Of a stretch of DNA of 64,000 nt, positions 25,501 to 37,900 are shown one piece after another. The stretch comes from Paragordius varius (taxonomy: Eukaryota > Animalia > Nematomorpha). The stretch's first letter is position 1. The number at the start of each line of letters is the position of its first letter. Below the pieces are notes generated by a model. That model ran no database searches and was not told where the DNA came from. It worked only from the letters and a program-made list of their open reading frames with translations. The stretch is from positions 744,001-808,000 of the forward strand of contig OZ176054.1 of NCBI GenBank assembly GCA_964247055.1. The letters are read 5' to 3'. A program made the translations under genes and the position numbers.

Positions 25501-27616
25501 GAGTATTGATGCGACTAGTTTAACACATTAATTTTTAAAGTATCGTTGTAAAAATCGGATATGAAAGAGTTTGTCAAACTATCTCCATATTTTGATGTAG
25601 TCTTACTAAGAGAATGTATAAAAAATAATTTTGTTCACCGGTGACCAAAATCCGATTTTTAAGGACAAAGTTTAATTTGAGTATTGATGCGACTAGTTTA
25701 ATACATTAATTTTTAAAGTATCGTTGTAAAAATCGGATATGAAAGAGTTTGTCAAAAGTCTCTATATGATGTAGTCTTACTAATAAAATGTATAAAAAAT
25801 AATTTTGTTCACCGGTGACCAATATATGATTTTTAAGGACAAAGTTTAACTTGAGTATTGATGCGACTAGTTTAATACATTAATTTTTAAAGTATCGTTG
25901 TAAAAATCGGATATGAAAGAGTTTGCCAAACTATCTCTATTTGATGTAGTCCTACTAAGAGAATGTATAAAAAATAATTTTGTTCACCGGTGACCAATAT
26001 CCGATTTTTAAGGACAAAGTTTAATTTGAGTATTGATGCGATTTATTGATAAGACTCGTTTTATACATTAATTTTTAAAGTATCGTTGTAAAAATCGGAT
26101 ATGAAAGAGTTTGTGAAACTATCTCTATATTTTGATGTAGTCTTACTAAGAGAATGTATAAAAAATTATTTTGTTCACCGGTGGCCAATATCCGATTTTT
26201 AAGGACAAAGTTTAACTTGAGTATTGATGCGACTAGAATACATTAATTTTTAAAGTATCGTTGTAAAAATCGGATATGAAAGAGTTTGTAAAACTATCTC
26301 TATATTTTGATGTAGTCTTACTAAGAGAATGTATAAAAAATAATTTTGTTCACCGGTGACCAATATCCGATTTTTAAGGACAAAGTTTAACTTGAGTATT
26401 GATGCGACTTATTGATACGACTAGTTTTATATATTAATTTATAAAGTATCGTTGTAAAAATCGGATATGAAAGAGTTTGTCAAACTATCTCTATATTTTG
26501 ATGTAGTCTTGCTAAGAGAATGTATAAAAAATAATTTTGTTCACCGGTGACCAATATCCGATTTTTAAGGACAAAGTTTAACTTGAGTATTGATGCGACT
26601 AGTTTAATACATTAATTTTTAAAGTATCGTTGTAAAAATCGGATATGAAAGAGTTTGTCCAACTATCTCTATATTTTGATGTAGTCTTACTAAGAGAATG
26701 TATAAAAAATTATTTTGTTCACCGGTGGCCAATATCCGATTTTTAAGGACAAAGTTTAACTTGAGTATTGATGCGACTAGAATACATTAATTTTTAAAGT
26801 ATCGTTGTAAAAATCGGATATGAAAGAGTTTGTAAAACTATCTCTATATTTTGATGTAGTCTTACTAAGAGAATGTATAAAAAATAATTTTGTTCACCGG
26901 TGACCAATATCCGATTTTTAAGGACAAAGTTTAACTTGAGTATTGATGCGACTTATTGATACGACTAGTTTTATATATTAATTTATAAAGTATCGTTGTA
27001 AAAATCGGATATGAAAGAGTTTGTCAAACTATCTCTATATTTTGATGTAGTCTTGCTAAGAGAATGTATAAAAAATAATTTTGTTCACCGGTGACCAATA
27101 TCCGATTTTTAAGGACAAAGTTTAACTTGAGTATTGATGCGACTAGTTTAATACATTAATTTTTAAAGTATCGTTGTAAAAATCGGATATGAAAGAGTTT
27201 GTCCAACTATCTCTATATTTTGATGTAGTCTTACTAAGAGAATGTATTAAAAATTATTTTGTTCACCGGTGAGCAATATCCGATTTTTAAGGACAAAGTT
27301 TCTGAGTATTGATGCGACTAGTTTAACACATTAATTTTTAAAGTATCGTTGTAAAAATCGGATATGAAAGAGTTTGTCAAACTATCTCTATATTTTGATG
27401 TAGTCTTACTAAGAGAATGTATAAAAAATTATTTTGTTCACCGGTGACCAATATCCGATTTTTAAGGACAAAGTTTAACTTGAGTATTGATGCGACTAGT
27501 TTAATACATTAATTTTTAAAGTATCGTTGTAAAAATCGGATATGAAAGAGTTTGTCAAACTATCTCTATATTTTGATGTAGTCTTACTAAGAGAATGTAT
27601 AAAAAATAATTTTGTT

Positions 27617-27618
27617 CA
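27617..27618. other. Orientation-switch (inversion) breakpoint with 2-bp CA microhomology
   Basis: Junction reads ...ATAATTTTGTT[CA]TCAATACTCAAG... The forward monomer matches through TTTTGTTCA and the reverse monomer matches from CATCAATACTC. No inserted bases. Confidence 0.95.
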
Positions 27619-30600
27619 TCAATACTCAAGTTAAACTTTGTCCTTAAAAATCGGATATTGGTCACCGGTGAACAAAATTATTTTTTATACATTCTCTTAG
27701 TAAGACTACATTAAAATATAGAGATAGTTTGACAAACTCTTTCATATCCGATTTTTAAACGATACTTTAAAAATTAATGTGTTAAACTAGTCGCATCAAT
27801 ACTCAAGTTAAACTTTGTCCTTAAAAATCGAATATTGGTCACCGTTGAACAAAATTATTTTTTATATATTCTCTTAGTAAGACTACATCAAAATATAGAA
27901 ATAGTTTGACAAACTCTTTCATATCCGATTTTTACAACGATACTTTAAAATTTAATGTATTAAACTAGTCGCATCAATATTCAAATTAAACTTTGTCCTT
28001 AAAAATTGGATATTGGTCACCGGTGAACAAAATAATTTTTTATACATTCTCTTAGTAAGACTACATCAAAATATAGAGATAGTTTGACAAACTCTTTCAT
28101 ATCCGATTTTTACAACGATACGTTAAAAATTATGGTATTAAACTAGTCGCATCAATACTCAAATTAAACTTTGTCCTTAAAAATCGGATATTTGTCACCG
28201 GTGAACAAAATTATTTTTAATATATTCTCTTAGCAAGACTACATCAAAATATAGAGATAGTTTGACAAACTCTTTCATATCCGATTTTTACAACGATACT
28301 TTAAAAATTAATGTATAAAACTAGTCGTATCAATAAATCGCATCAATACTCAAGTTAAACTTTGTCCTTAAAAATCGGATATTGGTCACCGGTGAACAAA
28401 ATTATTTTTTATACATTCTCTTAGTAAGACTACATAAAATATAGAGATAGTTTGACAAACTCTTTCATATCCGATTTTTACAACGATACGTTAAAAATTA
28501 TGGTATTAAACTAGTCGCATCAATACTCAAATTAAACTTTGTCCTTAAAAATCGGATATTGGTCACCGGTGAACAAAATTATTTTTTATATATTCTTTTA
28601 GAGAGACTACATCAAAATATTGAGATAGTTTGACAAACTCTTTCATATCCGATTTTTACAACGATACTTTAAAAATTAATGTATAAAACTAGTCGTATCA
28701 ATAAATCGCATCAATACTCAAGTTAAACTTTGTCCTTAAAAATCGGATATTGGTCACCGGTGAACAAAATTATTTTTTATACATTCTCTTAGTAAGACTA
28801 CATTAAAATATAGAGATAGTTTGACAAACTCTTTCATATCCGATTTTTAAACGATACTTTAAAAATTAATGTGTTAAACTAGTCGCATCAATACTCAAGT
28901 TAAACTTTGTCCTTAAAAATCGAATATTGGTCACCGGTGAACAAAATTATTTTTTATATATTCTCTTAGTAAGACTACATCAAAATATAGAAATAGTTTG
29001 ACAAACTCTTTCATATCCGATTTTTACAACGATACTTTAAAATTTAATTTATTAAACTAGTCGCATCAATATTCAAATTAAACTTTGTCCTTAAAAATCG
29101 GATATTGGTCACCGGTGAACAAAATTATTTTTTATACATTCTCTTAGTAGGACTACATCAAAATATAGAGATACTTTGACAAACTCTTTCGTATCCGATT
29201 TTTACAACGATACTTTAAAAAACAATGTGTTAAACTAGTCGCATCAATACTCAAGTTAAACTTTGTCCTTAAAAATCGGATATTGGTCACCGGTGAACAA
29301 AATTATTTTTTATACATTATCTTAGTAAGACTACATCAAAATATAGAGATAGTTTGACAAACTCTTTCATATCCGATTTTTACAACGATACTTTAAAAAT
29401 TAATGTATTAAACTAGTCGCATCAATACTCAAGTTAAACTTTGTCCTTAAAAATCGGATATTGGTCACCGGTGAACAAAATAATTTTTTATACATTCTCT
29501 TAGTAAGACTACATCAAAATATAGAGATAGTTGGACAAACTCTTTCATATCCGATTTTTACAACGATACTTAAAAAATTAATGTATTAAACTAGTGCTAT
29601 CAATACTCAAGTTAAACTTTGTCCTTAAAAATCGGATATTGGTCTCCGGTGAACAAAATTATTTTTTATACATTCTCTTAGCAAGACTACATCAAAATAT
29701 AGAGATATTTGACAAACTCTTTCATATCCGATTTTTACAACGATACTTTATAAATTAATGTATAAAACTAGTCGTATCAATAAGTCGCATCAATACTCAA
29801 GTTAAACTTTGTCCTTAAAAATCGGATATTGGTCACCGGTGAACAAAATAATTTTTTATACATTCTCTTAGTAAGACTACATCAAAATATAGAGATAGTT
29901 TGACAAACTCTTTCATATCCGATTTTTACAACGATACTTTAAAAATTATGGTATTAAACCAGTCGCATCAATACTCAAGTCAAACTTTGTCCTTAAAAAT
30001 CGGATATTGGTCACCGGTGAACAAAATTATTTCTTATACATTCTCTTAGCAAGACTACATCAAAATATAGAGATAGTTTGACAAACTCTTTCATATCCGA
30101 TTTTTACAACGATACGTTAAAAATTATGGTATTAAACTAGTCGCATCTATACTCAAATTAAACTTTGTCCTTAAAAATCGGATATTGGTCACCGGTGAAC
30201 AAAATTATTTTTTATATATTCTCTTAGCAAGACTACATCAAAATATAGAGATAGTTTGACAAACTCTTTCATATCCGATTTTTACAACGATACTTTAAAA
30301 ATTATGTATAAAACTAGTCGTATCAATAAATCGCATCAATACTCAAGTTAAACTTTGTCCTTAATTATCGGATATTGCGGTGAATAAAATTATTTTTTAT
30401 ACATTCTCTTAGTAAGACTACATCAAAATATAGAGATAGTTTGACAAACTCTTTCATATCCGATTTTTACAACGATACGTTAAAAATTATGGTATTAAAC
30501 TAGTCGCATCAATACTCAAATTAAACTTTGTCCTTAAAAATCGGATATTGGTCACCGGTGAACAAAACTATTTTTTATATATTCTCTTAGCAAGACTGCA

Positions 30601-33600
30601 TCAAAATATAGAGATAGTTTGACAAACTCTTTCATATCCGATTTTTACAACGATACTTTAAAAATTAATGTATAAAACTAGTCGTATCAATAAATCGCAT
30701 CAATACTCAAGTTAAACTTTGTCCTTAAAAATTGGATATTGGTCACCGGTGAACAAAATTATTTTTTATACATTCTCTTAGTAGGGCTACATCAAAATAT
30801 AGAGATAGTTTGGCAAACTCTTTCATATCCGATTTTTACAACGATACTTTAAAAATTAGGGTGTTAAACTAGTCGCATCAATACTCAAGTTAAACTTTGT
30901 CCTTAAAAATCGAATATTGGTCACCGGTGAACAAAATTATTTTTTATATATTCTCTTAGTAAGACTACATCAAAATATAGAAATAGTTTGACAAACTCTT
31001 TCATATCCGATTTTTACAACGATACTTTAAAATTTAATGTATTAAACTAGTCGCATCAATACTCAAATTAAACTTTGTCCCTAAAAATCGGATATTGGTC
31101 ACCGGTGAACAAAATTATATTTTATATATTCTCTTAGCAAGACTACATCAAAATATAGAGATAGTTTGACAAACTCTTTCCTATCCGATTTTTACAACGA
31201 TACTTTAAAAATTAATGTATAAAACGAGTCGTATCAATAAATCGCATCAATACTCAAGTTAAACTTTGTCATTAAAAATCGGATATTGGTCACCGGTGAA
31301 CAAAATTATTTTTTATACATTCTCTTAGTAGGGCTACATCAAAATATAGAGATAGTTTGGCAAACTCTTTCATATCCGATTTTTACAACGATACTTTAAA
31401 AATTAATGTATTAAACTAGTCGCATCAATACTCAAGTTAAACTTTGTCCTTAAAAATCGGATATTGGTCTCCGGTGAACAAAATAATTTTTTATACATTC
31501 TCTTAGTAAGACTACATCAAAATATAGAGATAGTTTGACAAACTCTTTCATATCCGATTTTTACAACGATACTTTAAAAATTAATGTATTAAACTAGTCG
31601 CATCAATACTCAAGTTAAACTTTGTCCTTAAAAATCGGATATTGGTCACCGGTGGACAAAATTATTTTTTATATATTCTCTTAGCAAGACTACATCAAAA
31701 TATAGAGATAGTTTGACAAACTCTTTCATATCCGATTTTTACAACGATACTTTAAAAATTAATGTATAAAACTAGTCGCATCAATACTCAACTTAAACTT
31801 TGTCATAAAAAATCGAATATTGGTCACCGGTGAACAAAATTATTTTTTATACATTCTCTTAGTAAGACTACATCAAAATATAGATATAGTTTGACAAACT
31901 CTTTCATATCCGATTTTTACAACGATACTTTAAAAATTAATGTATTAAACTAGTCGCATCAATACTCAAGTTAAACTTTGTCCTTAAAAATCGGATATTG
32001 GTCACCGGTGAACAAAATTATTTTTTATATATTCTCTTAGCAAGACTACATCAAAATATAGAGGTAGTTTGACAAACTCTTTCATATCCGATTTTTACAA
32101 CGATACTTTAAAAATTAATGTATAAAACGAGTCGTATCAATAAATCGCATCAATACTCAAGTTAAACTTTGTCCTTAAAAATCGGATATTGGTCACCGGT
32201 GCACAAAATTATTTTTTATACATTCTCTTAGTAGGACTACATCAAAATATAGAGATAGTTTGAAAACTCTTTCATATCCGCTTTTTACAACGATACTTTA
32301 AAAATTAATGTATTAAACTAGTCGCATCAATACTCAAGTTAAACTTTGTCCTTAAAAATCGGATATTGGTCTCCGGTGAACAAAATAATTTTTTATATAT
32401 TCTCTTAGCAAGACTACATCAAAATATAGAGGTAGTTTGACAAACTCTTTCATATCCGATTTTTACAACGATACTTTAAAAATTAATGTATAAAACGAGT
32501 CGTATCAATAAATCGCATCAATACTCAAGTTAAACTTTGTCCTTAAAAATCGGATATTGGTCACCGGTGCACAAAATTATTTTTTATACATTCTCTTAGT
32601 AGGACTACATCAAAATATAGAGATAGTTTGGCAAACTCTTTCATATCCGATTTTTACAACGATACTTTAAAAATTAATGTATTAAACTAGTCGCATCAAT
32701 ACTCAAGTTAAACTTTGTCCTTAAAAATCGGATATTGGTCTCCGGTGAACAAAATAATTTTTTATATATTCTCTTAGTAGGACTACATCAAAATATAGAG
32801 ATAGTTTGGCAAACTCTTTCATATCCTATTTTTACAACGATACTTTAAAAATTAATGTATTAAACTAGTCGCATCAATACTCAAGTTAAACTTTGTCCTT
32901 AAAAATCGGATATTGGTCTCCGGTGAACAAAATAATTTTTTATACATTCTCTTAGTAAGACTACATCAAAATATAGAGATAGTTTGACAAACTCTTTCAT
33001 ATCCGATTTTTACAACGATACTTTAAAAATTAATGTATTAAACTAGTCGCATCAATACTCAAGTTAAACTTTGTCCTTAAAAATCGGATATTGGTCACCG
33101 GTGAACAAAATTATTTTTTATATATTCTCTTAGCAAGACTACATCAAAATATAGAGGTAGTTTGACAAACTCTTTCATATCCGATTTTTACAACGATACT
33201 TTAAAAATTAATGTATAAAACGAGTCGTATCAATAAATCGCATCAATACTCAAGTTAAACTTTGTCCTTAAAAATCGGATATTGGTCACCGGTGCACAAA
33301 ATTATTTTTTATACATTCTCTTAGTAGGACTACATCAAAATATAGAGATAGTTTGGCAAATTCTTTCATATCCGATTTTTACAACGATACTTTAAAAATT
33401 AATGTATTAAACTAGTCGCATCAATACTCAAGTTAAACTTTGTCCTTAAAAATCGGATATTGGTCTCCGGTGAACAAAATAATTTTTTATATATTCTCTT
33501 AGCAAGACTACATCAAAATATAGAGATAGTTTGACAAACTCTTTCATATCCGATTTTTACAACGATACTTTAAAAATTAATGTATAAAACTAGTCGTATC

Positions 33601-34999
33601 AATAAATCGCATCAATACTCAAGTTAAACTTTGTCCTTAAAAATCGGATATTGGGGTCCGGTGAACAAAATAATTTTTTATATATTCTCTTAGCAAGACT
33701 ACATCAAAATATAGAGATAGTTTGACAAACTCGTTCATATCCGATTTTTACAACGATACTTTAAAAATTAATGTATAAAACTAGTCTCATCAATAAATCG
33801 CATCAATACTCAAGTTAAACTTTGTCCTTAAAAATCGGATATTGGTCACCGGTGCACAAAATTATTTTTTATACATTCTCTTAGTAGGACTACATCAAAA
33901 TATAGAGATAGTTTGGCAAACTCTTTCATATCCGATTTTTACAACGATACTTTAAAAATTAATGTATTAAACTAGTCGCATCAATACTCAAGTTAAACTT
34001 TGTCCTTAAAAATCGGATATTGGTCTCCGGTGAACAAAATTATTTATATATTCTCTTAGTAGGACTACATCAAAATATAGAGATAGTTTGGCAAATTCTT
34101 TCATATCCGATTTTTAAAACGATACTTTAAAAATTAATGTATAAAACTAGTCGCATCAATACTCAACTTAAACTTTGTCATAAAAAATCGAATATTGGTC
34201 ACCGGTGAACAAAATTATTTTTTATACATTCTCTTAGTAAGACTACATCAAAATATAGAGATAGTTTGACAAACTCTTTCATATCCGATTTTTACAACGA
34301 TACTTTAAAAATTAATGTATTAAACTAGTCGCATCAATACTCAAGTTAAACTTTGTCCGGATATTGGTTACCGGTGAACAAAATTATTTTTTATATATTC
34401 TCTTAGCAAGACTACATCAAAATATAGAGGTAGTTTGACAAACTCTTTCATATCCGATTTTTACAACGATACTTTAAAAATTAATGTATAAAACGAGTCG
34501 TATCAATAAATCGCATCAATACTCAAGTTAAACTTTGTCCTTAAAAATCGGATATTGGTCACCGGTGCACAAAATTATTTTTTATACATTCTCTTAGTAG
34601 GACTACATCAAAATATAGAAATAGTTTGGCAAACTCTTTCATATCCGATTTTTACAACGATACTTTAAAAATTAATGTATTAAACTAGTCGCATCAATAC
34701 TCAAGTTAAACCTTGTCCTTAAAAATCGGATATTGGTCTCCGGTGAACAAAATAATTTTTTATATATTCTCTTAGCAAGACTACATCAAAATATAGAGAT
34801 AGTTTGACAAACTCTTTCATATCCGATTTTTACAACGATACTTTAAAAATTAATGTATAAAACTAGTCGTATCAATAAATCGCATCAATACTCAAGTTAA
34901 ACTTTGTCCTTAAAAATCGGATATTGGTCACCGGTGAACAAAATTATTTTTTATACATTCTCTTAGTAAGACTACATCAAAATATAGAGATAGTTTGAC

Positions 35000-37900
35000 A
35001 AACTCTTTCATATCCGATTTTTACAACGATACTTTAAAAATTAATGTGTTAAAGTCGCATCAGTACTCAAGTTAAACTTTGTCCTAAAAAATCGAATATT
35101 GGTCACCGGTGAACAAAATTATTTTTTATATATTCTCTTAGTAAGACTACATCAAAATATAGAAATAGTTTGACAAACTCTTTCATATCCGATTTTTACA
35201 ACGATACTTTAAAATTTAATGTATTAAACTAGTCGCATCAATACTCAAATAAAACTTTGTCCTTAAAAATCGGATATTAGTCACCGGTGAACAAAATTAT
35301 TTTTTATACATTCTCTTAGTAAGACTACATCAAAATATAGAGATAGTTTGACAAACTCTTTCATATCCGATTTTTACAACGATACGTTAAAAATTATGGT
35401 ATTAAACTAGTCGCATCAATACTCAAATTAAACTTTGTCCTTAAAAATCGGATATTGGTCACCGGTGAACAAAATTATTTTTTATATATTCTCTTAGCAA
35501 GACTACATCAAAATATAGAGATAGTTTGACAAACTCTTTCATATCCGATTTTTACAACGATACGTTAAAAATTATGGTATTAAACTAGTCGCATCAATAC
35601 TCAAATTAAACTTTGTCCTTAAAAATCGGATATTGGTCACCGGTGAACAAAATTATTTTTTATATATTCTCTTAGCAAGACTACATCAAAATATAGAGAT
35701 AGTTTGACAAACTCTTTCATATCCGATTTTTACAACGATACTTTAAAAATTAATGTATAAAACTAGTCGTATCAATAAATCGCATCAATACTCAAGTTAA
35801 ACTTTGTCCTTAATTATCGGATATTGGTCACCGGTGAACAAAATTATTTTTTATACATTCTCTTAGTAAGACTACATCAAAATATAGAGATATTTTGACA
35901 AACTCTTTCATATCCGATTTTTACAACGATACTTTAAAAATTAATGTGTTAAACTAGTCGCATCAATACTCAAGTTAAACTTTGTCCTTAAAAATCGAAT
36001 ATTGGTCACCGGTGAACAAAATTATTTTTTATATATTCTCTTAGTAAGACTACATCAAAATATAGAAATAGTTTGACAAACTCTTTCATATCCGATTTTT
36101 ACAAAGATACTTTAAAATTTAATGTATTAAACTAGTCGCATCAATACTCAAATAAAACTTTGTCCTTAAAAATCGGATATTGGTCACCGGTGAACAAAAT
36201 TATTTTTTATACATTCTCTTAGTAAGACTACATCAAAATATAGAGGTAGTTTGAAAAACTCTTTCATATCCGATTTTTACAACGATACTTTAAAAATTAA
36301 TGTATTAAACTAGTCGCATCAATACTCAAATTAAACTTTGTCCTGAAAAATCGGATATTGGTCACCGGTGAACAAAATTATTTTTTATACATTCTCTTTG
36401 TAAGACTACATCAAAATATAGAGATAGTTTGACAAACTCTTTCATATCCGATTTTTACAACGATACTTTAAAAATTAATGTGTTTAACTAGTCGCATCAA
36501 TACTAAAGTTAAACTTTGTCCTTAAAAATCGGATATTGGTCACCGGTGAACAAAATTATTTTTTATATATTCTCTTAGCAAGACTACATCAAAATATAGA
36601 GATAGTTTGACAAACTCTTTCATATCCGATTTTTACAACGATACTTTAAAAATTAATGTATAAAACTAGTCGTATCAATAAATCGCATCAATACTCAAGT
36701 TAAACTTTGTCCTTAATTATCGGATATTGGTCACCGGTGAACAAAATTATTTTTTATACATTCTCTTAGTAAGACTACATCAAAATATAGAGATATTTTG
36801 ACAAACTCTTTCATATCCGATTTTTACAACGATACTTTAAAAATTAATGTGTTAAACTAGTCGCATCAATACTCAAGTTAAACTTTGTCCTTAAAAATCG
36901 AATATTGGTCACCGGTGAACAAAATTATTTTTTATATATTCTCTTAGTAAGACTACATCAAAATATAGAAATAGTTTGACAAACTCTTTCATATCCGATT
37001 TTTACAAAGATACTTTAAAATTTATATTAAACTAGTCGCATCAATACTCAAATAAAACTTTGTCCTTAAAAATCGGATATTGGTCACCGGTGAACAAAAT
37101 TATTTTTTATACATTCTCTTAGTAAGACTACATCAAAATATAGAGATATTTTGACAAACTCTTTCATATCCGATTTTTACAACGATACTTTAAAAATTAA
37201 TGTGTTAAACTAGTCGCATCAATACTCAAGTTAAACTTTGTCCTTAAAAATCGAATATTGGTCACCGGTGAACAAAATTTTTATATATTCTCTTAGTAAG
37301 ACTACATCAAAATATAGAAATAGTTTGACAAACTCTTTCATATCCGATTTTTACAAAGATACTTTAAAATTTATATTAAACTAGTCGCATCAATACTCAA
37401 ATAAAACTTTGTCCTTAAAAATCGGATATTGGTCACCGGTGAACAAAATTATTTTTTATACATTCTCTTAGTAAGACTACATCAAAATATAGAGGTAGTT
37501 TGAAAAACTCTTTCATATCCGATTTTTACAACGATACTTTAAAAATTAATGTTTTAAACTAGTCGCATCAATACTCAAATTAAACTTTGTCCTTAAAAAT
37601 CGGATATTGGTCACGGGTGAACAAAATTATTTTTTATATATTCTCTTAGCAAGACTACATCAAAATATAGAGATAGTTTGACAAACTCTTTCATATCCGA
37701 TTTTTACAACGATACGTTAAAAATTATGGTATTAAACTAGTCGCATCAATACTCAAATTAAACTTTGTCCTTAAAAATCGGATATTGGTCACCGGTGAAC
37801 AAAATTATTTTTTATATATTCTCTTAGCAAGACTACATCAAAATATAGAGATAGTTTGACAAACTCTTTCATATCCGATTTTTACAACGATACTTTAAAA

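Larger units (their letters stand above)
1..27618 (+). repeat. 178-bp tandem satellite array, left arm (about 153 monomers, arbitrary + orientation)
   Basis: ACCGGT recurs at 87 and 265 (178 bp apart). The unit AAAATCGGATATGAAAGAGTTTGTCAAACTATCTC...GACTAGTTTAATACATTAATTTTTAAAGTATCGTTGT continues without interruption to 27,618. G+C is 50/178 in the first monomer. Confidence 0.99.

Noticed and set aside
27617-27668. Junction as a palindromic-read (fold-back chimera) artefact
   Set aside because: The arms differ at several positions in the first monomer and have different HORs, which a read-through artefact would not produce. Read-level confirmation is still needed to exclude a misjoin.
34340-34375. 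Idea that the 14-bp inverted repeat is invariant
   Set aside because: A 9-bp deletion at about 34,358 (TGTCC^GGAT), the 27-bp deletion at 6,020, and amplified variants (AATCGAATAT, TTAATTATCGG, ATATCCAATT) all alter it, so strict conservation is not supported.
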